This document shows positions 40,722 through 50,994 of a stretch of 64,000 nucleotides of DNA, piece after piece. The DNA comes from an uncultured SAR86 cluster bacterium (GTDB lineage Bacteria; Pseudomonadota; Gammaproteobacteria; Magnimaribacterales; D2472), in NCBI GenBank assembly GCA_902560315.1, contig CACELG010000001.1:155681-219680 (forward strand), read 5' to 3'. The position numbers were made by a program, and so were the translations under genes. How positions within the stretch are numbered: position 1 is the stretch's first letter; each line of letters begins with the position of its first letter. The notes beneath the pieces are model-generated. The model was not told the origin of the DNA, searched no databases, and saw nothing but the letters and a program-made list of their open reading frames with translations.

Positions 40722-41636
40722 TTAAAGAATATATACAAACAAAAAAAGCATAACCCATACAACATCAACAAAATGCCAATACCATGAGGCTGCCTCAAAT
40801 CCAAAGTGGTCATGTTCTTCAAAGTGGCCTGCAAAAACAGACCTGCCTAGCATAATTGCCAACATGAAACCTCCCATCATTACATGGAAGCCGTGAAAAC
40901 CTGTTAACATGAAAAAAGTTGACCCATATATTCCAGAGTTTAACGTTAGACCATAATGAGCGTAAGCTTCGTAATATTCTGCAGCTTGTAATCCAACAAA
41001 AATTAAAGCTAAGAATACTGTTATTCCTAAAAAAGTGTTAAATCTTTTCCTATTGCCTTTTTTTAGTCCGAGATGAGCTATGTGGACTGTTACAGATGAG
41101 CTTAAGAGCACAATCGTATTCCAAAGAGGTAACCACTTTAGAGCATGGTCCCATCCTGGCCATGCCATACTCTTATCAGCCAAATCATACTCAGTTCCTT
41201 GGTCTGGAGTTGTCATAACAGGCCATGAAGACTCAAAAGCAGGCCATAGCTCAATAGCAGAAATGTAAGCACCTTTTGAACCTTCACCTGCTAACCACGG
41301 AACGGCTAAGGTTCTTACATAAAATAAAGCTCCGAAAAATGCTGCGAAAAACATGACTTCAGAAAAAATGAACCAAGCCATACCATAAACATAAGATTGT
41401 TTTAATTGATTTGAATCTAAGCCTGCAAGGTGCTCTTTAATAACCTGTCTAAACCAAAAAAACATTGTTAAAAAAAGACATCCAAAACCGAAATACAATA
41501 TGTAAACTGAGTTACTAGAAGGATCGTCTAAGTTATTTATTGTGCTAGAGGCACCCATTACGAGCAGAAATAAGGAGACCGCCATAAATATGGGAAACCT
41601 GCTTTGATCAGGTACGTAGTAACTTCCTCCACTCAT
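40722..41636 (-). CDS. coxC: Cytochrome c oxidase subunit III
   Basis: FIFSEVMFF, NT..LLSSS, FFMLTGFHG.HV, WYWHFVDVVW. Confidence 0.97.
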   Translation of the reverse strand: MSGGSYYVPDQSRFPIFMAVSLFLLVMGASSTINNLDDPSSNSVYILYFGFGCLFLTMFFWFRQVIKEHLAGLDSNQLKQSYVYGMAWFIFSEVMFFAAFFGALFYVRTLAVPWLAGEGSKGAYISAIELWPAFESSWPVMTTPDQGTEYDLADKSMAWPGWDHALKWLPLWNTIVLLSSSVTVHIAHLGLKKGNRKRFNTFLGITVFLALIFVGLQAAEYYEAYAHYGLTLNSGIYGSTFFMLTGFHGFHVMMGGFMLAIMLGRSVFAGHFEEHDHFGFEAASWYWHFVDVVWVMLFLFVYIL

Positions 41637-41643
41637 TTCCTGC

Positions 41644-42201
41644 TTACTCCGCTGCCATTTGGTGATGTGCTAAAACTTCATCATTATAGTCAGTAATATC
41701 AAAAATTGTGTATGACAAAATTATATTTTTTATGTTCGATGGAAGTTCATTTGAAACTAATAATTTAACTGGAAGAAGAGCTTCTTCACCAGGCATTAGT
41801 TCTTGTTGCTCGAAACAAAAACATTCTAGCTTTTTTAAATGTGCTGCAGCGTTTGATGGGGCAACACTTGGAACTGCCTGAGCAGTCATTTTTCTATTTG
41901 TTGTATTTTTTACATAGAAAGTAGCGCCATGATATTTACCAGTTTCAATTTTCATTACTTGCTCTGAAGGTTTAAAAGTCCAGGGCATGTTTTCGTTATT
42001 AGTAGATATAAACTGAATAGCAATAGTTCTTCCATCATCCGTGATAAGGTCTTCTGAATACTCTGATTGAAAAACTTTTCCGTTAATGCCAGTTACTTCA
42101 CAAAAGACATCATACAAAGGCACAAGCGCAAAACCAAAAGCAAACATTAATGGAACAGCAACTACTAATTTAATTAATGTTTTCTTAGCACCTTTTTTCA
42201 T
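41644..42201 (-). CDS. ctaG: Cytochrome c oxidase assembly protein CtaG/Cox11
   Basis: VPLY..FC..TG, CFCF. Confidence 0.95.
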   Translation of the reverse strand: MKKGAKKTLIKLVVAVPLMFAFGFALVPLYDVFCEVTGINGKVFQSEYSEDLITDDGRTIAIQFISTNNENMPWTFKPSEQVMKIETGKYHGATFYVKNTTNRKMTAQAVPSVAPSNAAAHLKKLECFCFEQQELMPGEEALLPVKLLVSNELPSNIKNIILSYTIFDITDYNDEVLAHHQMAAE

Positions 42202-43784
42202 TAATCAACCTTCGGTGGTGTTGAGAAGGTGTGATAAGGAGCTGGAGAAGCTACTGTCCACTCAAGACCTTTTGCCCCTTCCCAAACTTGATCAGTTGCT
42301 TTTTTGCCACCCATCACAGTTTTAATAACAATAAATAAAAACAGCAGTTGTGAAAAACCAAATAAAAATGCTCCAACGCTCGAAACCATATTCCAATCAG
42401 CAAATATTAAAGAATAATCAGGATATCTTCTTGGCATTCCTGCTAAGCCAATAAAGTGTTGAGGAAAAAAGGTTACATTAACTCCGATAAATGACAACCA
42501 AAAGTGTAGTTTTCCCAATCTTTCGTCATACATATTGCCGCACCATTTTGGAATCCAATAATAAACAGCAGCCATAATAGAGAATATTGCTCCTGGCACA
42601 AGAACATAATGAAAGTGCGCAACAACAAAGTAAGTATCGTGATATTGAAAATCAGCCGGAACAATTGCAAGCATTAAACCAGACAATCCTCCGATTGTGA
42701 AAAGAACAACAAAAGAAATAGCGAATAACATAGGCGTTTCAAAAGTAAGCGAGCCTCTAAACATTGTTGCTACCCAATTAAAGACTTTTACGCCTGTTGG
42801 AACAGCTATCAACATGGTTGCCCACATAAAGAATATTTCTGCAGCTAAAGGCAGTCCAACTGTAAACATGTGATGTGCCCAAACTACAAAAGAGAGTATG
42901 GCAATTGAAAGCATTGCCCAGACCATTGATGAATATCCAAAGAGCTGTTTCCTAGAAAATGTTTCAATTATATGAGAAACAATACCAAAGGCGGGCAAAA
43001 TCATTATATATACCTCTGGGTGACCAAAGAACCAAAATATATGCTGAAATAAAACTGGATCTCCGCCTCCAGCTGCATTAAAGAAACTTGTTCCAAAATG
43101 AATATCCATTAACATCATTGTTACAGCACCGGCAAGAACTGGCATCACTGCAATTAATAAATACGCGGTAATTAACCATGACCATACAAACAAAGGCATT
43201 TTCATTAAGTCTACGCCAGGAGCTCTCATATTCATAATAGTGACAACAACATTAATTGAGCCCATTATTGAAGATGCTCCCATTATATGAACAGAAAATA
43301 TAAAAAAGGTAACACTTGGGGGAGCATAGGTTGTTGATAGTGGAGCGTAAAAAGTCCATCCAAAGTTTGGAGCTCCGCCCTCCATAAATAATGATGATAA
43401 TAAAATAAAGAATGCAAAAGGCAGTATCCAGAAACTTAAATTATTCATTCTGGGTAAAGCCATATCAGGTGCTCCAATCATCATTGGAACTAACCAGTTT
43501 GCTAATCCAACAAAAGCAGGCATTACCCCTCCAAAAATCATTATCAGTCCATGCAGCGTAATCATTTGATTATAAAATTCAGGTTCAACTATTTGCATTC
43601 CAGGCTGGAAAAGCTCTGCTCTAATAACCATTGCCATTGCACCACCAATCAAGAACATGGCAAAACTAAACCATAAATAAAGAGTTCCTATATCCTTATG
43701 GTTTGTTGTATACAACCATCTTGTTATGCCCTTAGCAGGCCCATGATGATGGTCGTCATGATGATTTTCTATTACTGCGCTCAT
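42201..43784 (-). CDS. coxA: Cytochrome c oxidase subunit I (A1-type)
   Basis: HKDIG, GHPEVY, WAHH, HDT..VVAHFH, GMPRR. Confidence 0.98.
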   Translation of the reverse strand: MSAVIENHHDDHHHGPAKGITRWLYTTNHKDIGTLYLWFSFAMFLIGGAMAMVIRAELFQPGMQIVEPEFYNQMITLHGLIMIFGGVMPAFVGLANWLVPMMIGAPDMALPRMNNLSFWILPFAFFILLSSLFMEGGAPNFGWTFYAPLSTTYAPPSVTFFIFSVHIMGASSIMGSINVVVTIMNMRAPGVDLMKMPLFVWSWLITAYLLIAVMPVLAGAVTMMLMDIHFGTSFFNAAGGGDPVLFQHIFWFFGHPEVYIMILPAFGIVSHIIETFSRKQLFGYSSMVWAMLSIAILSFVVWAHHMFTVGLPLAAEIFFMWATMLIAVPTGVKVFNWVATMFRGSLTFETPMLFAISFVVLFTIGGLSGLMLAIVPADFQYHDTYFVVAHFHYVLVPGAIFSIMAAVYYWIPKWCGNMYDERLGKLHFWLSFIGVNVTFFPQHFIGLAGMPRRYPDYSLIFADWNMVSSVGAFLFGFSQLLFLFIVIKTVMGGKKATDQVWEGAKGLEWTVASPAPYHTFSTPPKVD

Positions 43785-43798
43785 AATATTTTCCTATC

Positions 43799-44947
43799 TT
43801 AAATCTTTGGTTCTTTATAATCTACGATGTCTTTTGGAATTACTATTTCTCCATCCCCTTTTTCTGCATTACCCCATGATTGTCTTGTGTATGTAATCAC
43901 TGCCGCCAATTCAACTTCTGATAAGTAACTAAAAGAATTCATGGCTGCACCCTGAACTCCTTCCATTAGGATTTCAATATTCCTATCCTTATTGTTCATA
44001 ACAATATCACTACCGGCTAAAGCAGGGAATATTCCTGTGATTCCTTCTCCTGAAGTTTGATGACACGCAACACAGTTAACTTGATAGATGCCTTCGCCTC
44101 GCTCCATTAATTCTCCGGTTGTCCATTCTTTGGTAGTTAGCTCAGCAAGTTTTATTGCTTCTTGTTTCTTGCCATAGACCCAATCGTCATACTCAGACTG
44201 CTCGACTACTTTTACAACAATAGGCATAAAGCCATGGTTTTTGCCACATAGTTCGGTGCATTTTCCTCTATAGATTCCTGGCTTGTCCACCACCGTCCAT
44301 GCTGTATTCACAAATCCAGGTATGGCATCTTGTTTAATAGCGAATGCCGGCAACCACCATGAATGAATAACATCATTTGCAGTTATTAAGAATCTAATTT
44401 TTTTACCAGCAGGTATAACAACCATTTCGTCAACTTCTTGTAAATAATTTTCGCCTTTTGGAACTAGGTTATAAATTTCATCGAGATCTGTTGAAAGATT
44501 AGAGAAAAAACTAACATCATCTTCCAGGTAATTATACTGCCATTTCCATTGGTATCCTGTAACTTGAATATTTATATCTCCCGCTTCATCATCGTAAATC
44601 TTTACTAGTGTTTTAGAAGCTGGAACTGCCATCGCTATAAGAATAAGAAATGGTATTATGGTCCAAGCTATTTCAAGCTTGTGATTTTCATGAAATTTTG
44701 CAGGGACTGGATTTTTTTTCTTTGTATGTGCCCACATTGAGTAAAACATTACCCCAAAAACAAGAACACCGATTGCAACACATATCCAAAAAATTAACAT
44801 GTGCAGTTCAAAAACTTCATTGCTAATGTCGGTGCTTCCTCTAGTCATGTTTAGAGCAAACCAATCAGCTTTAATTAGCGGTGAAGCAACAAAAAATAAA
44901 AATATAGATATATTCTTCTTAGATAGATTAAAAAGTTTATAAATCAT
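43799..44947 (-). CDS. coxB: Cytochrome c oxidase subunit II with fused C-terminal cytochrome c
   Basis: DVIHSW and CTELCGKNHGFM CuA site; C-terminal CVACH with distal Met. Confidence 0.97.
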   Translation of the reverse strand: MIYKLFNLSKKNISIFLFFVASPLIKADWFALNMTRGSTDISNEVFELHMLIFWICVAIGVLVFGVMFYSMWAHTKKKNPVPAKFHENHKLEIAWTIIPFLILIAMAVPASKTLVKIYDDEAGDINIQVTGYQWKWQYNYLEDDVSFFSNLSTDLDEIYNLVPKGENYLQEVDEMVVIPAGKKIRFLITANDVIHSWWLPAFAIKQDAIPGFVNTAWTVVDKPGIYRGKCTELCGKNHGFMPIVVKVVEQSEYDDWVYGKKQEAIKLAELTTKEWTTGELMERGEGIYQVNCVACHQTSGEGITGIFPALAGSDIVMNNKDRNIEILMEGVQGAAMNSFSYLSEVELAAVITYTRQSWGNAEKGDGEIVIPKDIVDYKEPKI

Positions 44948-45085
44948 TATTCGCCCAAAAGTAAGTGTGCCTTTTATAATAAAAAATAGTTATATTATAT
45001 TATAAGCTATTTATATAAATACAACAAAGCAAAAATACACATTTTTTATGCTAGGTATGATATATGTTTGGAACTTTAATTTCTA

Positions 45086-45295
45086 TTAGTTTTTGCTTCT
45101 GTTATTCTTGAAATCATCTAAGTTAATAACCTTAATTTCTTCATTATCAAGAGTGTTTTTTTCTTTAGGTCTTTTTTCAACAAAATCGCACTTTACACAA
45201 TATATTTCATCATCAGAAGGGTTCAATGCAATAGTGTCTTGAGATTTACAATTTGGACATATAGCTCCTGCAATAAATTGGACAAATTTCTTCAT
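45086..45295 (-). CDS. YheV-family zinc-ribbon protein
   Basis: FIAGAICPNC...D...CVKC. Confidence 0.8.
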   Translation of the reverse strand: MKKFVQFIAGAICPNCKSQDTIALNPSDDEIYCVKCDFVEKRPKEKNTLDNEEIKVINLDDFKNNRSKN

Positions 45296-46107
45296 TCTCT
45301 TAGCTCTTCTAGATCCTTAATAACTGTCAAAGCTTCAGGAAAAACATTAAACCATTTTTCAAATGAATGTGCAGCCTGGTAAACCAACATGCCAGTTCCA
45401 TCAAAAACATTTTCTGATGTTTCTTTTGCCCACTTACAAAAAGGAGTAACAGTTAAAGAGTAATTTAAGTCATAAAAATAAGTTTTTGAGTTAACAGGCA
45501 AGTCGTTTATTGGCTTAAAATTACCAGTCAATCCAGCCGAAGATCCATTTATCACCAAATCATATTTAGCATCACCACTATGGCCAGCTTTTATTGGGGC
45601 CATATTTGAAAATTTTCGTATTAGCCTGTTTGCCTTTTCTTGAGTTCTATTAATTAGAGAGATTTCTTTGGGGCTACTCTTTGCAACTCTATATAAAATG
45701 CTTTCTATTGCTGCTCCAGCACCAATTATTAAGATATTCTTATCTTCTAATTCAAAACCCCTATTATCTATATCATTTATAAACCCTATACCATCAGTAG
45801 AAGATAGAGAAAGTAAATTTCCATCCTTATAAATAGTATTTACAGCATTAATGTATTTTGCTTCTTCAGAAATATTGCCTTCGATCTTTGCAGCTCTTTT
45901 CTTATGAGGCAATGTTATATTCAAACCTTTGGCGAGTTTGTCAGAAAAAAATTCTTTTATGAATTGATCAAAATCAACTTCATTAACTCTATAGGGTAGA
46001 TATTCAATATTAATGTTTTCATTTCTTGCAAACCTAGAATGTATAAAAGGAGATAGTGAGTGTTCTATTGGATCACCCAAAACTCCTAATCTGTATTTTT
46101 TAGACAT
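45292..46107 (-). CDS. aroE: Shikimate dehydrogenase
   Basis: HSLSP.IH, N.T.PHK, AVNT, TDG.G, GAGAA, NRT, G.GMLV.QA. Confidence 0.95.
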   Translation of the reverse strand: MSKKYRLGVLGDPIEHSLSPFIHSRFARNENINIEYLPYRVNEVDFDQFIKEFFSDKLAKGLNITLPHKKRAAKIEGNISEEAKYINAVNTIYKDGNLLSLSSTDGIGFINDIDNRGFELEDKNILIIGAGAAIESILYRVAKSSPKEISLINRTQEKANRLIRKFSNMAPIKAGHSGDAKYDLVINGSSAGLTGNFKPINDLPVNSKTYFYDLNYSLTVTPFCKWAKETSENVFDGTGMLVYQAAHSFEKWFNVFPEALTVIKDLEELRE

Positions 46108-47005
46108 TCCAATCTCTATTAATGACTTTCAATAACTTTTTTTCTAGATCTTTATATTTTGGGCTTTTTTTGTAAGACCATTTTACATGTGATGGCAAAG
46201 AAGCCAATATTGATTCAATTCTTCCATTAGATTTTAGACCAAACGCAGTGCCTCTATCATAGATTAGATTAAATTCAGCATATCTCCCCCTTCTAACTAG
46301 CTGGAATTCTTTTTCTTCTTTGGTAAATTTAATTGATTTTCTTTTGTTTAATATACTCATATATGAATTGATATAAGAAGAAGCAACTGATTCAAGCATT
46401 TTTAAGCTGTTTTTGAGGCTCAAATCTGATAAATTGTCAAAAAATATGCCGCCAACACCCCTTCTTTCATTTCTGTGCGGTATAAAAAAGTATTCGTTGC
46501 AGTTTTCAGAGAACTGTTTATAAAAACTACCGCTAAATGGCTCTAATGAAGCTTTCGCTTCTTTGTGCCAATTAACGATATCTTTTTCAAAGGGTATATA
46601 TGGTGTTAAATCATATCCTCCACCAATCCACCAGTTATCAATTGCGCCTTTTTTATCCAAAATAGCAAATAAACGAACATTCATATGGCTTGAGGGTATA
46701 TTAGGGTTTTTTGGATGAGATATTACAGAAATGCCCATTGCATGATAGCCGTTTTTAATAGTTTTCTTTAAAGAGCTTGGAAGAGCAGAATCTGGTAATT
46801 GGTTTCCATATATTGAAGAAAAATTAACCGCGCAATTATCGAACAAGCTTCCGTTTGCAATAATGAAAGTTTTACCGCCCCCGCCTTCTTCTCTTTTCCA
46901 TGAGTCATAACTTATTTCTGAGTTTTTTGATGTCTCTAAATTTTCAAATTCCTTACGTATTTGAGATTGGATATTCTTAAATGTATGTTCTAATTCTTTT
47001 ATCAT
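46100..47005 (-). CDS. hemF: Oxygen-dependent coproporphyrinogen III oxidase
   Basis: HP.NP..P..H.N.R, WW.GGG.DLTP, RGVGGIFFD, RRGRY.EFNL.YDRGT.FG. Confidence 0.96.
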   Translation of the reverse strand: MIKELEHTFKNIQSQIRKEFENLETSKNSEISYDSWKREEGGGGKTFIIANGSLFDNCAVNFSSIYGNQLPDSALPSSLKKTIKNGYHAMGISVISHPKNPNIPSSHMNVRLFAILDKKGAIDNWWIGGGYDLTPYIPFEKDIVNWHKEAKASLEPFSGSFYKQFSENCNEYFFIPHRNERRGVGGIFFDNLSDLSLKNSLKMLESVASSYINSYMSILNKRKSIKFTKEEKEFQLVRRGRYAEFNLIYDRGTAFGLKSNGRIESILASLPSHVKWSYKKSPKYKDLEKKLLKVINRDWNV

Positions 47006-47006
47006 T

Positions 47007-47567
47007 CTATTCTCTAATAATAGCCTTTGTTTCTAAATCAATTATCTTTGATGGGGAGGTGTTTTTACCAAGAGGCTCATCATAATATGCCAAATCTTCA
47101 TATTCAAAAAAATTAATTATATCGATAGGATTATTCATATTTTTTTCTCCAGAGATATTTGCTGATGTAGATACCATGAAACCTGAAAATGCTTTTATTA
47201 ATGTGTTTATAGGTAAGTGATTACTTACTCTTATAGCTATTTTTCCACTTTCATTATGTAAATGTATTGGCAGTTTATTATTATATTTAATTAAAAAGGT
47301 GTATGCGCCTGGCCAGTATTTCATCAGATAATTTTGATCATCTATATTAATTTTCTGCAAATAGTTTTCAATAGCATCTAGTGACTCTACTAACAAAATA
47401 AAACTTTTATTTTTATTTCTTTTCTTTAATTTAAAAATTTTTTCAACAGCATCTTTATTAAAAGCATCGCAACCTATTCCCCAAATTGATTCTGTGGGAT
47501 GAATTAAAGTTTTTCCGGAATTAAGCCACTCTATAGCTGAGTCAAGATTTAATGAAACTTTATTCAA
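47007..47567 (-). CDS. tsaC: Threonylcarbamoyl-AMP synthase (YrdC/Sua5 family)
   Basis: PTESIWGIGC, K.R, WPG, STSAN.SG, PS.I; TTG start. Confidence 0.92.
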   Translation of the reverse strand: MNKVSLNLDSAIEWLNSGKTLIHPTESIWGIGCDAFNKDAVEKIFKLKKRNKNKSFILLVESLDAIENYLQKINIDDQNYLMKYWPGAYTFLIKYNNKLPIHLHNESGKIAIRVSNHLPINTLIKAFSGFMVSTSANISGEKNMNNPIDIINFFEYEDLAYYDEPLGKNTSPSKIIDLETKAIIRE

Positions 47568-48068
47568 TTATGAGTTAAGTTTTTTATCTTTTTCTAAAAC
47601 TTCTTTCCTCATATTTTCTTTGTACTCTACTAATTTTTTGGCTAAGTCTTCATTTCCTGTTGCAAGAATTTGAACTGCTAGAATTGCGCTATTTTTGGCA
47701 CCGCTTTTTCCTACAGCAACAGTAGCAACTGGAACGCCAGGTGGCATCATAGCCGTTGAGAGCAAAGAATCTATTCCACCCATACCACCAGATTCAATTG
47801 GGATGCCAATAACAGGCTTTGTTGAGTGCGCTGCTACTGCTCCAGCAAGGTGGGCTGCCATACCTGCTGCAGCAATAAATACTTTACAACCATTTTTTTC
47901 TGAATCTGAGATCAATTTCATAACATCATGCGGAGTTCTATGTGCAGACATAACATTTTTAGTAAATTTAACTCCAAATGACTCTAAAATAGGGAAAATT
48001 GCCTCTACTACAGGCAAATCTGAGTCAGAACCCATTATTATTGCTACTTGAACTGTTTCGTTTGTCAT
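47568..48068 (-). CDS. purE: PurE (N5-CAIR mutase / AIR carboxylase family)
   Basis: MGSDSD, SAHRTP, AG.AAHL.G, PVIGIP, MP.GVPVATV. Confidence 0.95.
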   Translation of the reverse strand: MTNETVQVAIIMGSDSDLPVVEAIFPILESFGVKFTKNVMSAHRTPHDVMKLISDSEKNGCKVFIAAAGMAAHLAGAVAAHSTKPVIGIPIESGGMGGIDSLLSTAMMPPGVPVATVAVGKSGAKNSAILAVQILATGNEDLAKKLVEYKENMRKEVLEKDKKLNS

Positions 48069-48132
48069 TTTTATATACTCTTAAATTGTTAACTGGATTA
48101 TAATCTCGGAATTATAATAAAAAATACCAAAA

Positions 48133-48636
48133 ATGGCTAAAAAATTGAAAATTTTAATATTTCCTGACCCTAGATTACGAAAAGTTGCAAAAAAAGTAAC
48201 AAAATTCGACAAAAGTCTAGAAAATTTAGCAAATGATATGCTAGAAACAATGTATATTGCCAATGGAATAGGTCTTGCTGCAACTCAAGTTGATCGTCAT
48301 ATTAGACTAATTGTGATGGATTTATCAGAAGAACGAGATGATCCTAGAATTTTTATCAATCCAACATTCAAAGTACTTAAAAATCATAAATTATTTGAGT
48401 TTGAAGAGGGCTGCCTTTCAATTCCCGGCTTTAATGAAACCATTGCTCGTCCTGATAAAATAGAGCTGACATGGCAAGATATTAAGGGCAATCAGCATAT
48501 AGACAATCCTGAGGGGCTTTTAACTGTATGTATTCAACACGAAATCGATCATTTAGATGGAAGATTAATGGTTGACTATATTAGCTCACTCAAAAGAGAT
48601 CGAATAAGAAGTAAGCTTTTAAAAGAAAATAAATGA
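48133..48636 (+). CDS. def: Peptide deformylase
   Basis: GIGLAATQ, EGCLS, QHEIDHL. Confidence 0.97.
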   Translation: MAKKLKILIFPDPRLRKVAKKVTKFDKSLENLANDMLETMYIANGIGLAATQVDRHIRLIVMDLSEERDDPRIFINPTFKVLKNHKLFEFEEGCLSIPGFNETIARPDKIELTWQDIKGNQHIDNPEGLLTVCIQHEIDHLDGRLMVDYISSLKRDRIRSKLLKENK

Positions 48637-48660
48637 AATTACAGGTAATTAAACGAAATT

Positions 48661-49581
48661 ATGAATATCTTATATGCTGGAACACCATCTAACTCAGCCA
48701 AAATACTCCGCTATCTTGCCAAACTTAAGCCTTTTAATATTAAAGGTGTCTTAACGCAACCTGATAAAAAAGGTAAAAGAGGTAATAACCTATTAGAGTC
48801 TCCAGTTGCTATTGCAGCTAAAGATTTAAAATTGGAAGTTTTCAAGCCTGAAAACCTTAATTCAAATGAAATCATAAGTAATTTAGGTTTATTAGATATT
48901 GATTTCCTTGTTGTGATTGCATATGGAAAAATTATTCCACCTTGGCTTCTTGAATTACCAAGCAAGTCATCAATTAATGTACATTTCTCAATATTGCCTA
49001 AATATAGAGGAGCGTCTCCAATTCAGTCAGCTTTATTAAATGGTGATGATAGTAGTGGGATATCAATTATTGAGATGTCAGAAGCTTTAGATGCTGGAGA
49101 TATATTTTCATCATTCATTGTAAAGATTAATCCAGAGGATAATAAATCAACACTTGAAAATAAATTAACCAACAAATGCATTACTGAGTTGCCAACAACA
49201 TTAGATTTAGTTAAAGCTAATAAGATAGAAGCAAAAAAACAAGATAATTCCAGCGCTTCTTATTGTAAAAAAATTACAAAGTCAGACTCTATTATTGATT
49301 TTAATGAAACAACTAGAAGTATTATTAATAAATTTAGAGCTTTTTATGGATGGCCTGGAACATCTTTTATCTACAAAGATATACAAATTAAAATACACAA
49401 TATGTTAGAAACCAAAATAATTAATGGGGGTAAACCAGGCACAATTTATAGGTTAGATAATGAAGGTTTGTATATAAATACAAATGATTCAATGATAGTG
49501 ATCACTCACTTACAGTTCCCAAACAAGAACATAATCTCATCTAATGACGTGTTCAACTCATATAAAGAGTTTTTTTCATAA
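48661..49581 (+). CDS. fmt: Methionyl-tRNA formyltransferase
   Basis: GTP, TQPD, AYG, NVHFS.LP.YRGASP, LDAGD; follows def. Confidence 0.96.
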   Translation: MNILYAGTPSNSAKILRYLAKLKPFNIKGVLTQPDKKGKRGNNLLESPVAIAAKDLKLEVFKPENLNSNEIISNLGLLDIDFLVVIAYGKIIPPWLLELPSKSSINVHFSILPKYRGASPIQSALLNGDDSSGISIIEMSEALDAGDIFSSFIVKINPEDNKSTLENKLTNKCITELPTTLDLVKANKIEAKKQDNSSASYCKKITKSDSIIDFNETTRSIINKFRAFYGWPGTSFIYKDIQIKIHNMLETKIINGGKPGTIYRLDNEGLYINTNDSMIVITHLQFPNKNIISSNDVFNSYKEFFS

Positions 49582-49638
49582 AGATAAATTTTTACAATAA
49601 GTCTTGCTTTATTTAAAAAGAGGTTTAATTTACACAAT

Positions 49639-50994
49639 ATGAAAGTGCTAATTTTAGGTGCTGGTCGTGTTGGTGGAAGTCTTGCCAGGGCTTTGGTTAA
49701 TAATAACTATGACGTGTCTATTATAGATCTAAACAAAAATGTCCTTGAGTCCTTGGAAGATAAATTAGATATATTAACTGTTGAAGGTCATGCTTCACAT
49801 CCTATTTCTATAAAAAAAGCTGGTGCTGATAATGAAACAACTTTAATAGCTGTAACATCTGATGATGAGGTCAATTTAATTGCCTGTCAGATTGCAAAGA
49901 AACAATTTGATGTAAAAAAAACAATTTGCAGACTTTCAGAGAAATCATATACAAAAAATCTTGATATTTTTGGTGAAAATATTATTGATATTGTAATAAA
50001 TCCTGAAAAAGAAGTTATGAAGCATCTTAAAGAGTTGATTATTCATCCAGGGGCTGAGCAAATTGAACAGTTTGCTGAAGGGAAAGTAAATCTAGTTAGT
50101 GTTAAAGCCAAGAAGAAAGCAAAACTTGTTGGAAGAGAGCTAAAAGGTATTAAAGATGATATGCCAGATACAGATGCCTTTGTCGCATCAATTTATAGAA
50201 AAGGAAAGCCCTTTATTCCTTCTGGAGATACAGTTATAAAAGAATCAGATGAAATATATTTTATTTCTTCGGCTTCAAACATTGATCAAATTGTAAATGA
50301 ATTCAGAGATCAAGATGATATTTACTCAAGAGTAATGATTGTTGGAGGTGGTAAAATTGGTAATTCCTTGGCAAAAGAACTTGAAGATGATTACAAAATC
50401 AAGTTAATTGATTCTAATAAAGATAAGTGTAAGAAATTATCTAAAAATCTAGATAAAACAATTGTTCTTCATGGTTCAGCTACAGATGAAGATCTTTTAA
50501 AAAGTGAAAATATTTCTAATATAGATATTTTTTGTGCATTAACTGACGACGATGAAACAAACTTGATGTCTTCCTTGCTTGCAAAAAAAATGGGAGCAAA
50601 GAAAACTATGATAATTTTAAATAACCCTTCTTACTTGGGATTGGTTCCGGGCTTTATTGATACTTATATAGCTCCTTATAGATTAACGGTCTCTTCTGTT
50701 CTTCAAGATTTAAGAGAGGGTGATGTTACTCAAGATGTCTTACTAAAAATGGATACAGGGGCTGAAGCGATCGAAGGTATTGTTCATGCTAATGAATTTA
50801 CATCTAATTTATTTGGAAAATCGTTAAAGGAAATCCCATTGCCCGAAGGTGCTTCTATTGGAGCAGTGGTTAGACATGGAGATCTATTAATGCCTAACTC
50901 TGATGTAGAGCTTTGTTTAAATGATCATCTAATTGTTTTTTTAGCAGATAAAAAAATGGTATCAGAAGTTGAGGTTTTATTTAAAACAAGCTGA
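49639..50994 (+). CDS. trkA: Trk potassium uptake NAD-binding subunit
   Basis: Two RCK units (GAGRVG, GGGKIG), DE.N motifs, 451 aa. Confidence 0.95.
   Translation: MKVLILGAGRVGGSLARALVNNNYDVSIIDLNKNVLESLEDKLDILTVEGHASHPISIKKAGADNETTLIAVTSDDEVNLIACQIAKKQFDVKKTICRLSEKSYTKNLDIFGENIIDIVINPEKEVMKHLKELIIHPGAEQIEQFAEGKVNLVSVKAKKKAKLVGRELKGIKDDMPDTDAFVASIYRKGKPFIPSGDTVIKESDEIYFISSASNIDQIVNEFRDQDDIYSRVMIVGGGKIGNSLAKELEDDYKIKLIDSNKDKCKKLSKNLDKTIVLHGSATDEDLLKSENISNIDIFCALTDDDETNLMSSLLAKKMGAKKTMIILNNPSYLGLVPGFIDTYIAPYRLTVSSVLQDLREGDVTQDVLLKMDTGAEAIEGIVHANEFTSNLFGKSLKEIPLPEGASIGAVVRHGDLLMPNSDVELCLNDHLIVFLADKKMVSEVEVLFKTS

Noticed and set aside
43740-43765. His-rich repeat (HHDDHHHG) at the CoxA N-terminus
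   Set aside because: Common in gammaproteobacterial subunit I N-termini; not unusual.
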